Below, in pieces: positions 12,801-24,800 of a stretch of DNA of 64,000 bases. A program made the position numbers and the translations under genes. Position 1 is the stretch's first letter. Each line of letters begins with the position of its first letter. The DNA is from Strigamia acuminata (taxonomy: Eukaryota): contig OX442314.1 of NCBI GenBank assembly GCA_949358305.1, forward strand, positions 10,168,001 to 10,232,000, written 5' to 3'. The notes under the pieces were generated by a model. That model saw only the letters and a list, made by a program, of their open reading frames with translations. It was not told the DNA's origin and ran no database searches.

Positions 12801-15800
12801 CAGACATTTTGATTTTAATCTGCCAACTCAACTAGCTGGAAAAAATTCGAGATTGATAAGACCATGTGGTCAATTCCCTCATCGAGAAAATGGTAAAAAG
12901 AAAAAGGAAACTCGATTGGAAAGTTTTCTGTTCTCTGGTGGAAAAAAACACGTTTGTTTCTCCGGTATAACTAAAAATCCGTATAAATATACTCAATACT
13001 TTGCATAGTATCATGCAGATGTCGGATGACTACGATCTAGATCCATATATGGTTAAAAGATATCTTTTTCAATATATTGCTTTTCATTTTATAATAAAAT
13101 TTAAAAAATGCGTTTTGAAAATGCCGTATTTTACCAATTAATCCTCAGAGGCATAAGGGTAAAATGTGCCGTTCTGGTATAAGGCATTACGGATTAATGG
13201 ACAATTTTCAGGTCAATTAGTTAAAGCACCGTTTCGATTTTTGAAAGTTTGCAACTAATTTTATAGAAGGCGCTAGTTATGAACAGTGAAAACATATATA
13301 TTTTTTACCAACCAGTGGTTGGTTTAAACACTACTGGTAAATGCGAAAAGCTGTTAACTGAAGCGCTCTTTCTTTGGCAGCAAAGCCAGCATAATAATTT
13401 TGCTGGAGTTTTAAGGGGCAGAAAATTTGCATTTAGCATAATTAATTAAATAAATGACCAATGACTTAAAATTCCAAGTTAAGGTTCAGTACGATATAAA
13501 CAAAATCACAAATTTTCAGCAAAAAAAATGAATAAGAAAAAAGATTTTCTTATTCAAGAAAGAGCTTGTCCATAAATCCGTATAGCCGTGTAGCCACCCT
13601 CGAATAATAGCCGCGGCTGAGACACCAAGAATATTTTATTTTTGCGAAAGTACGGTATTATATCCTTGGTTCCGTTCTCCGAAGTTGTGGGTGGGAATCC
13701 ACGTGGCAAAGGACAATTTTGACCTTGACCAATCCCGTGAAGGTCATTGCAGTGCTGTCTAAAAACGATTAGAGTGTTAGAGAAAAGAATAAAAATGTGA
13801 AGTTGTAGTGCATCATTTGTTTAGTACAATGGCATTGTCGAAAATACGTCGTGTGACTGGTCTTGCCACGGCTCGTTACCCATAGAATACAGAGTAATGA
13901 TGACCAATGCCTTCCGCATCCACAAGTTGGAGTAATTTGCAGAAATCAATCGAAATGGCTTATCCTGTATTCGTATGTAAAAGTAATGCGAATGCATATC
14001 GAAATTGGGCTTGTCCGTCGGGTGTTTTGGGTGTGCAAGCAACGTAGCAATGCTAGATTAGATGGGCCAGGCCAGAAAAAAAATTTAATGGCATTTAATT
14101 TTGAGGTACGGTTAAATCCTTTACTATTATGAGGACAAACTAGTAATTAGGATGAATAAAATGTCCGAGTTCACTCTGTTTGATTATTTTCCCGCTTCTG
14201 AATTTGTAAACATGGCCAGAAGAGAAGGGAGATGCACGTGAGGTGAATTGTCATGGGTGCACATCAGGGTTGTTACGCTGCTGTCCAAAACGTACACGAG
14301 AAAGCAACATAGCCATTCCCTGTTGGGAGTGAACAACTATGTCGAAAACATATTTATTTTAGTCGTTTTTATTGGGAGTACCTATGATGTCATTATTAGT
14401 AAGCGCCACCTAGCGCACTATGTAAAAGATACCGTATTAAACTTTAAGGAACTACTTCCATTTCTACGTTAACGCTAACACGTTGTCCCTTATTCCTACA
14501 TCAACCGCAATCGCTTTACATCCAACAGTTTTGGTCGATTTAGACGTTGAATTTAGTGTTTTGTTCAATTTAGACATTGAATTTAGGCGTTTTGTTCAAT
14601 TTAGACATTGAATTTAGGCGTTTTGTTCAATTTAGACATTGAATTTAGTCGTTTTGTTCAATTTAGACATTGAATTTAGTCGTTTTGTTCAATTTAGACG
14701 TTAAATTTAGTCGTTTTGTTCAAGTTAGACATTGGATTTAGTCGTTTTGTTCAATTTAGACATTAGGTGCATTCAAAAACTCTAAAACCTATGCAAAACT
14801 CGTTTCGTGTTTGTAGGTGACGTCATTCCCATTGAATTCTTGTTATTCAATGGGAATGACGTCACGTACAAACACGAAACGAGTTTTGCATACGTTTTAG
14901 AGTTTTTGAATGCAGCTAGTGAATTTAGTCGTTTTGTTCAATTTAGACCCGTGCTGTAGAGGATACCGCGTTCTATTGGCATCCCACAGAGCACTTACGA
15001 CGTGTCACTTTCCACTAGATTTTTCCTCTCTCTCTCGCTCTCTCTCTCTGTTGGAGTGTGATGTCATTAATGAATGATTCTTTGCTCATTTGTCTTCTTT
15101 ATTTTTATTGAACGTCGACCTCGATAATCGCTTTCGCTCTTTTAATTAGCTGACGTTGATTAACGCGAAACACACGAAATAAATCGACTTTTGATTAAAC
15201 GAATCAACTTTTGATAGACGCATTTTTATATTCTTCTCAATCGATTTTTCTCCCCATTTGCAGATCTTTTCCATCGCGCCGTCGTGTTTACCGCGTCGAC
15301 CTTTAATCCACTGCCACCAGAGGTCGCCGCATTCTGAAACGCATCGTTTGATTCGAGAGTAAGTAGTCGGCTGTTTCCATTCGATTTCTAATTTTAATCG
15401 ACGATTGTGTACACTTACAAGTGTTAATTACATTTCCTCAAATAACAACAACTCAAGAATGTGTTGAAACGAAACTACAATAAACATTTGCTCCTTTTTC
15501 CGACCTCCGTCAATCCCAGAACCTTCGTACAACGGCGCCTTATTTGCTCTAGCGAGGGCCTGCATTCGCTAATTCGAGGGTTTGGTCCCACCTATTAAGT
15601 ATTGAACGTTTGTCGAATCACTCATTCCGCAATCACGGCTAATTATAGGGTGTAAGGGTGGGTGGCGAAGGAACTGAGGCCGCAATTGACGTCATTCGAC
15701 GCACAACGCAAACTCGTTCAATGCGAAATGAAATAAAAATAAAAATAATTTTTTTAAATTTTAAATTTATTTTTTTCTTGGATTACACGTAAGTAAATTT

Positions 15801-18800
15801 ATACGTAAGTAAATTTTCACGTCAAAATTTGATTTGCAACCAATAAACTTGTAGCGGTGTCAAACTTTTTTCCACGGTTTGATTCTACGGGTGATTTAGG
15901 CTTATTTTCGGTGTTGTAAGGTTTTGTTTTGACGTCACGATGACAGTTTTGCGTCAATTTTTATTTGCAGTGTAGCTAAGAGGAATCGGCGTCCAATCAC
16001 GCCTCCCTGGTCTTCGATATTGAAGGAAGGCCTGTCAGGGGTTCACGAAGATATACTTGTCTCGTACTACAACACAACACCCAAAGCGGTCGATGGAATA
16101 AGAAGATATAATCGAGAGTCTGTGTCTTCTCGAGGTGAGTTTTTACTTGGGAGAATTGGGGAAAGAAAGATTGATGTTTTCTGCATTTTTTTTCAAGTGT
16201 GTTTTGAGATTAATTTTTTTGGCATAAAAATGGGTTTTTGGTTTGGAATTTTATTATGTGGCTTATTAATTGCGTTTGAGTGCATAGAAAGAGGATTTTT
16301 GTGAAAATTGTATATTTTATGCACAGAAATTGTATTTTTAGTCACACAGATTGCATTTCTCGGAATAAAATTTACATTTTTGGTCAAAAATAGATTTTAT
16401 TAATATTTTATTGTTGCAATTTTCTGTCTAAAATTGCATATTTGTTGCCAAAAACTATATTCTGCCTCTAAATTTATATACATGCCTAAAACAAACATTT
16501 TTATGCCTTGCACATGCATTTTTCTGTCTAAAACTTGTATTTTTATGCATAAAAATGCACCTTTTGCCTAAAACTTGTATTTTTCTGCCTAAAACTTGTA
16601 TTTTTATGCGTAAACCATGCATTTTTCCCTCTAAAAATTTAAAAATTGCATTTTTCCGCCTAAAATTTGCATTTTTCCGTCTGAAAATTGCATTTTTACG
16701 CCTGAAAATTGCATTTTTCCGTCTGAAAATTGCATTTTTACGCCTGAAAATTGCATTTTTTCGCCTGAAAATTGCATTTTTCCATGTAAAAATTTAATTT
16801 TTTCCACACACGACTAAACAATACTAAATCTGCAAGTCCAAAAAGTCGTGCAGTCAGTGTTGGCTAGTCCAAACAAATACCAAAGTGCTTATGGCTTAAG
16901 AGGGTTTGTAACCTCTAGTTCACGCCAACTTTGACCTGTAGATGGCGCCACTGTTTTCCCATAGAAACCCATGTTAATTGGTTTTTCCAGTTTTTCTCGC
17001 TCAAAAATGGGTCTTTTTTAAATTTTTTTTTTTTAATATGTGTGGAATGACCAGTTCTATACGGGTGCATCGTCCAAATTTTAAATTTTGTGTGTGCAAG
17101 CCAGAAAAAAGCAATTTTCGGGTGTCTTTCCTCCCAAAAAAAATTTTTTTTCTATGGCTCTGAATTGCTCAGATTTTATTCAATTTTCTCGATTAAAAAT
17201 GTATTTCCTACTTAGTTGAGCATGGAGAATTCAAATATCAGGTTATTTCCATGCTAAAATTTAAATTTAAAAAAATTTAAATTTTTGAATTTCTATCAAA
17301 CTTTCCCCCTTCTCGGATTAAAAAGGGTGGCAGCTCCCCTACTTAATCCCTACTTAGTTAATGGTTTGCAGGTGTTGGCTGCCAATTTTGTTTGTTTTTA
17401 TTCAATTTTGAATTGAAAATATTACACTACATGATGAGTTTTACTTTTGAAATTGTTTGCCAGTATTTTTTTTTTTTTTTTTTTTTTTTTGAAAATTACT
17501 TATTTCCCATCGCTGATGAGGATTTCGAAACTTTTTAGCCGAATTCGAGCGTTCGAAAACAGCCGGTGGGCGCCCGATTATCTTCGCTCAGTGTCGACGG
17601 GAAAGTCCACACTCTCATGCCGCTTTCGAGCACTCCTAAGCAGGCAGGTGGTCGCGCGATCGCCGTCGCTTAGTGTCGACGGGAGAGTAGAACCAATTAT
17701 GCCGCTTTTGAGCTATTGCTTGCGGGATGGTTATCGGTGGATTACCGTCGAAAAACTAAAGCTGACTTGGCGTACAAAATTGCCGGTTTTTACATTTTTC
17801 ACCGATTGCGGCCGCAAGCCCTCGACTGTCACGACTGTAAGACGTTTACAATCGTGGCCACAAACCGTCGAGTGTCGACCCCGTTGCGAACATAGGTTCG
17901 ACAAAACATTGTGCCACGACAACACGTTTGAACATTATTCCGACGATGTTTCTTCGGCCACAACAGTCGACAGCTGACTAAACAAATAACACAATACACA
18001 AATACAGACCAGGAAGAATTCAATCAACAAAAAAATGGGTAAAATTTTTGAATAAAAATATAAAATAAAATAAAGAAATAATTTTAAGAAAATTTATTTT
18101 TAAACCTGCATGCAGAACCTGAAATTGTTCGGTTTCAATGTCCAGTGCGTGCACCCGCTGTCGATTGTTGTGGCTGAATAAACACAGTCGGAATAATGAT
18201 AAAACACATATACACAGTTGGATACGAAGAGAGATTGAAGACGATAAACAAACTTATATCTGAAAACCAGGAGCAATTATTAGTTTTATTCGAAGTTCTG
18301 ATCGATTAATTTTTTGTTTTTTTCGATTTTCGACGATCGCCGATCACCGGTCATCACCGGTGACGCCGAGCAACGGCCAGCCGCAGGTGCTTACGTCGTC
18401 CAACTGCATTCGTTTTTGGTTTTGGTTTGATTTTAGTGTTTTAATATTGGCATTTTAGATCAGTGACATGGATCTAATCACACAGTATCACTACAAACTT
18501 TAAACTTTGAAAAATACACTTACATGGTCTACGACGTTGAAATGAATACAAACCGAATAAATTCGCAAAATATAACTAGAAGTTGCCAAGAAATTTTTAT
18601 TTTTATTTTTAATAAAGTACAAATTCGAAAAGGAAGAGCAAAAAAGAATGGAAATATTGGAAGAAGGAGACCAAGAAAAGGGAAAATTCGACGAAGAGCA
18701 AGAACAGGATGAGAAATCAGATGAAATCGTGTAAAGTACTTCTCAAACTTTGTAGCTTTTTCTAACAATCAAACAAACAATCAAACTACCGGTATTTGAG

Positions 18801-21800
18801 GAGTTTAAAAAAATCGCACACATACGCAGTGGTACAGTAGGAAATGAACAGACGATGAAACTACGACTCAATAGTGTGAAAACAACAATCATATTTTAAT
18901 AACTAGCAGGATGTCACTGGTTGTACACATACACTTACATGCTCTGAAATTTATACCATTTACGGTTATATCCACTTCCGAGCCATTTGTAATAGCTTGC
19001 AAATCTTTAAGTTCCTTTTCTTTCTTTTGCTCTTCCTGCCTTTTTTCTTCATTCTTTTGGGCTTCTAGCATCCGAAACTTTTTTTCTCTTTCCCTTTTCC
19101 CCATTGACTTCTTCTTCCCAACTCGCCCTTTTTGCACTCCACCTTGACGTTCTTCTCTATTATTTTCATTAAAATCATGACTACAACTGCCGTCTCTGCC
19201 ACGACCACGTCCACGACCACCACGAGACTGGACACCGAAACTAGGATTATAACTGCCACGAGAATTAATAGCACGACCACCACGAGACTGGACACCAAAA
19301 CTAGGATTATAACTGCCACGAGAATTGCCACCACGGCTACCACGAGAATTGGCGCCACGACTACCACGAGAATTGGCACCACGACTGTAATTAGAATTGG
19401 CATCTAATTCAACCAATTGAAATTGATTAATGGAGTTAGGCTCAGTATTCTCATGCACCTCAATCGGCTGGTTTACAATTTCAGGTTCATTTGGCTCAGT
19501 ATTCTCATGCACCTCAATCGGCTGGTTTACAATTTCAGTTTCATGTCTCCTCTTTAATTTCCCACCTACAATAGTCCATTTAGATGTAGCCATACTCCAA
19601 GATAATCGAATTATGACAGTTACTTGAAATTTACTTGAATCTGTGACGCTCTGGTGTTTAATGCAGTGTGTACAATAACAGTCCTTTTATATACCGGCAA
19701 CAAAACATTAATGTATTTGAAACGTTTCACAACACAAAAACGTTGTGCTGACGCGGTCGCCAACTTTTAGGACTTGCCGAACTTTCAATTAATCTGAAAA
19801 GATCAACAGCCGCAGATTCTTCTCGCAAAACTGAAACGTTCGTGATACGTTTTTTAACTGTATAGAAACGTTTGGCATCCGTTTGATTCATGATTGTGTA
19901 TTTAAAGTGACCGGTGTTATGTTTTCAAGTAGTTGTATTGAACATCACAGTGCGTAATGTCACATGAAAACTTTTGCAAGTAACTATTCAAGTAACTTTA
20001 CAAGTAATTTTCAAACCTTTTTTTTAAATTAATCGTACACAGAAGTCGTGTGAACCGTTTTTTGTTCAAATTGTACAAAAAAGTTGTGTGAAACCATTCT
20101 GTTATTGTGGAACCGTTTTTTGTTCAAATTGTACAAGTACAAAAAAGTTGTGTGAAACCATTCTGTTATTGTGGAACCATTGTTTTGACATAATATTAAA
20201 CTAAGTTTTGTTATTCAATGGCACCACGCAAGAAGGTTTATCCTTCAAAATCACCCAAACATTCACGAGCTGCTCGCAAATTGAAAAAATTTAAGCAAAA
20301 GCAAAAGAGTGAAGCAAATGCTAGTTTAGAGGTTAGAAATAATGCAGATCAAACTGAGAATATTAATTCTGAGTTAGATACCAATGCACATGATAATGCA
20401 GATCATACCAATGCACATCATCAGTGTCATGCAAATGCGGTTGAAACTCAGAATATTATTGATGCCAATCAGTGCTATGACATTGAAATAGAAAACCACA
20501 GGCAAAGCATTCCAATTACAACTAGTCGTAGGTTAGTTGATCTTAGAAGCTTTGTTGACGGTATTCGAGCAGTTGAAAAACATACATTGGAATGTAACTT
20601 TGGTGGAGAACTTATTCACACAAAAACTCTTCATTATGGTATGGTAGCTGTATTAACATTCCGGTGTTCTAAAGTAATGTGTAATAAATGTGTAGTTTTA
20701 GCAACTTCAAAACCAGAGACAATACATTTTCAAGCCGCTTGGGCAGCCATGTCTGTTGGAATTGGACACAATCAGTCAGAGGAATTTTTTGCAATTATGC
20801 AGGCTCCTTACATGTCATCCACTATTTATCAGAAATATGAGAAGACTTCCGGTGATGTTTTTAAACAAATAGGGCTAAGTGATACTCTGAATGCAATATC
20901 TGAAGAAAAGAAAAATGCTATAGCCAATAAAGAAGTCAATGCTGATGGTATACCAACCATAACAGCAATTGTTGATGGCAGCTGGAGTAAGCGTTCTTAT
21001 GGACATGGCTACAATGCTAACAGTGGTACTGCTGTTATTATTGGAAATCACACTAAAAAAGTTATATTTGCTGGTATTAGAAACAAACACTGTGTGATTT
21101 GTAAGTCCAGTGAAACAAATGTTGAACCCAGAGAGCATATTTGCAATTGCAATTGGCACGGGACTTCAACTGGAATGGAAGCGGATATAATTGTTCAAGG
21201 TTTGAACTGGTTGCATGATGAACATAAGGTTATGTGTACAAAAATTGTTGGTGATGGTGACTCATCAGTGATGGCACGTATTAAGGCGTTAAGGCGTTAA
21301 AACGACTTAAAAATGGTGATTTTCTGAATTATGGAAGCGGCCGACAATAAAAGCCGACATGCTTCGTTGAAAAAGTATTACTTATGTGCATTTTTATACT
21401 TGTTTTGTTAGTGCGTGAAGATTTCATAAATACCAGTTGGTTTCATAACATTTTTCTTCCCTTTTGTCTCTTTCTTCCTATCTTCCTCATTGTTTTTGTT
21501 ATTATTGCCGCAACTGCTGCTGGCTTGATTTGGGTTACAAGTGGCAAAAGCCGGCTGGAAATGTGCCAGATAATGCTAATAACAACACGCGTTCGGGGGA
21601 GACAATAACGGCTCAGGAGTCTTTCTTTCAACCGAGAATTTGGCAGCAAATTGTGCTACCTGGGGCAGGTTGGAGGCCATTGAATTACAATTACTGTTAT
21701 AAGAAAGAAATGTCTAACCGCTTGCCATTGCAATGGTTAGTGTGGGAACGTGCCATTAGGGTGGCGCTGTGGAAATGGCGTTTGACGTCATTGAATCATT

Positions 21801-24800
21801 CATGGTAATCGGAAGTTGATGTGAGGTTTGGAGTTATTCTTGTTTTTTGGGAGATTTAGAGGAATTCAGGGAGATTTAGAAGGATTTGGAGAGATTCAGG
21901 AGGATTTGGAGAGATTCAGAAGGATTTGGAGAGATTCAGAAGGATTTGGAGAGATTCAGAAGGATTTGGAGAGATTCAGAAGGATTTGGAGAGATGCAGA
22001 AGGATTTGGAGAGATTCAGGAGGATTTGGAGAGATTCAGAAGGATTTGGAGAGATTCAGAAGGATTTGGAGAGATTCAGAAGGATTTGGAGAGATTCAGA
22101 AGGATTTGGAGAGATTCAGGAGGATTTGGAGAGATTCAAAAGGATTTGTAGAGATTCAGGAGGATTTGGAGAGATTAACCATTGCTGGAAATCTCATACG
22201 GACCAAGATTTTGGATTTTGAAATCCAAGAAATGTAGTGAAATCCCAGAAGTCTATAAAATCTTACATATTTTTTCGGAAATTGTAACCAAATAGAGCAA
22301 AATCTTACAAATTCATTTGAAATCCTGAAATTTTCAAATCCGTGGAATGCTTTAGTAAATTTAGTAAATCTATAAAATGGATGACACTCATGAAATCCCC
22401 GAAATTACTTGTATAGAAAACCCCTAAATCCTCGGAAATCGTAGAAATCCTGGAAATCCATAAAATCTTACAAACTTGCAAACTGTAGCAAAATCAAGCA
22501 AAATCTTTAATGAAATCCTGAGCAATCCTTAAATCTTCAAGATTTAACAGGATTTCAAAATCTATGTGATTTTTCTGATTTGCTTCACCTGCATGCTTTA
22601 CAACGATTGCAAGTTCTAACCCGTGTGGCAGGCAGCCATTTTGAATTTGGTCTTAGAAACCAGGACTTCTAAAACTTTCTTTATTCGCAACCCTTTTTTG
22701 CTCATTAAATTTTTACGCGACTGCGGGTGTATAAGCCACATTTGTGAAGACATTTTTTTAAGTAGTAACCAGAGTTTTCGGACTACTTTTTTTGTCTAAA
22801 AACTGTCTAAATTTTTTTTTCAAATGAGCCAAAAAAAAAACTACTAAAAAAATAGTGCTCAATCGATAGGAAATGACGTAAAAATCAATTAATGTGGTCA
22901 GAATTTGTGTTCTTTTTCATCATTGCAGAGATGTGTGCTCAAAACAGTTGTGATCGAACCAGTTGTCCGAAAACGAAAACCCTGCCAACTACCCGTGTTA
23001 ATAGTGGTCAAATTCAAAAACGTCACGGACAAATCTGACTTATTTTTATGTGTAGATTAAGAGTCTGTAAGAAACAAGTAAACATCTGTAATGCATGGAC
23101 GCATTACATATTAGACTTCTAAACTCCTTCTACACGGAAATGACGTCATATTATGTCATTTCTTTCCGGTATGTAATAGAAGGCTAAAAATGTACTAAAA
23201 CCAGTTTTTTAATTAAACCGGAGGTTGGAGAAATACGAAAATACCTTAGGAACCTAATGTAAGTATGCTGAGTTCATTGCAGTTGTCCGTTTGGCTCTAG
23301 CTGCTATAGTTTTTGCGGAATTGATGCGGATGGAAGGACAGACGGACATGGCCGTTTTATTAGACTTTCTAAACATCAGGTTTAGAAGTCTAAAACTAGG
23401 TGTCCATTGAAAACATTTGAGTTGACCCTGGAATGACCTTCAACTTATCAACCAATTGAAAAATAGATATACCGTATTTTATCGATTAAGAGCCGCGGCT
23501 CTTATTCAAAACTGCCATCTTTGTTAGCAATTACAATTTCGGTTTTTCGTTTGTTACATTTGTTTAATGTAACTAACGAAGTCTGAACGTCCGAACGAAA
23601 CATACGTTCATCGTTCGCGAGGTTAAATACGGAAACTATATCGTACTTTTGCAAAAATACGGTATTGTTGGTGTCTCAGCCGCGGCTACTAATCGAGGGC
23701 GGCTACAATTTGTGGGTAATACGGTAATGCTATTCTCTTTACCCCAATGATGGTTTGTGGCTGTTTTTGGTGTCCAATCTGTTTATAGAAAGGATAGAAA
23801 GCCTTGAAACACCAACAACAACCACTAAAAGCACCAAAACTGAAACATCATCCTGCAGATAGACAGAGTCCCTTTTAGGCCTTTCCTGGCCTCAATATTA
23901 AAGGAAAATGGTTGTTTAGTCAGGTCTACGTTTTTTTTTTACAAATTCCATTTCCTGTGCGAGAATCCTTTGGATTGTGTTGTCAGTTCGATTGACGAGG
24001 ATTAGTGTGGGCGGGGAGCGAACCATTCACTTTTCAAGTCGAAGTGGTCATCTCCCACGAGTGTTTTACCACACCTCTGTCTGGCACCAGGTGGCGCGAG
24101 TTGGTCAGTTCAGCTGATTGCCACCTCACTCTTTTGTGCGCATTCTCTCGAGACAAATTAATGGGGACAAACAACACTGTTTATCTCTTGTTTTTTACAT
24201 GCGTTTCCACGGGTTTCCGGTTTATTTGGCAGGTGTTTACTGATGTTATCGCATTATCCGTCCGACGTAATGATTGATGTCATATTTCTGTGATTAGAGT
24301 TGACCGGGTTTTAGAGTTACCGAATGATATGATTGTGTTGTGTTGCAATCCAGCGGCGATTTATTCGTGTTTGACCGAATAAAACTGATTTATAGTGTGC
24401 GAAAATTTAGTTTCGGTATATTTTGTTAATTATCTCTATAAATTTGACAAATTAAAATCGTCGGAAGGTTTTTTTTAAACGTTTTTAAGTGCTAGGGTTT
24501 GGTGCGGCATCAAACCGGATTTTAGTGCTACCGAGTAACGCCGCCATTGCTCGCTTGGATTTTGACTGATTTTTCTCGTTTTTCTATGAATAATTTATTG
24601 ATTAAATTGCTTTCTGGAAAAATTTCACACGAAATAATCACCTGGTGCATCGATATTGACATCACCGTGATATCAATCGCACGAAAATTTATCTTCCGTC
24701 CGTAATCTTTGCACTTGTTGTTTAGAAATATAAAAAAAAATTCAATGCATTTAGTTTTGCGATAATCGAGTTTCATAGGTCGAGATAAATCAGGATATAA

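Larger units (their letters stand above)
16900..21300 (+). mobile_element. 3'-truncated DNA transposon (Kolobok-like) with two divergent ORFs
   Basis: The putative left end GAGGGTTTGTAACC follows TTAA (16896-16899). A long non-coding subterminal region precedes the accessory ORF and transposase. No matching right TIR was found, so the left boundary is inferred. Confidence 0.55.

Noticed and set aside
17447..17977. 176-aa ORF in the transposon subterminal region
   Set aside because: It starts at TTG, runs through a poly-T tract and shows no motif; likely a chance ORF in GC-richer sequence.
21278..21410. An intron rescuing the transposase C-terminus
   Set aside because: Splicing to the nearest acceptor gives a hydrophobic peptide without the expected ECxxH-type continuation.
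21828..22237. Three overlapping repetitive ORFs (ERFRRIWRDSEGFGEIQKDL)
   Set aside because: Artefact of a 20-bp tandem repeat open in all frames.
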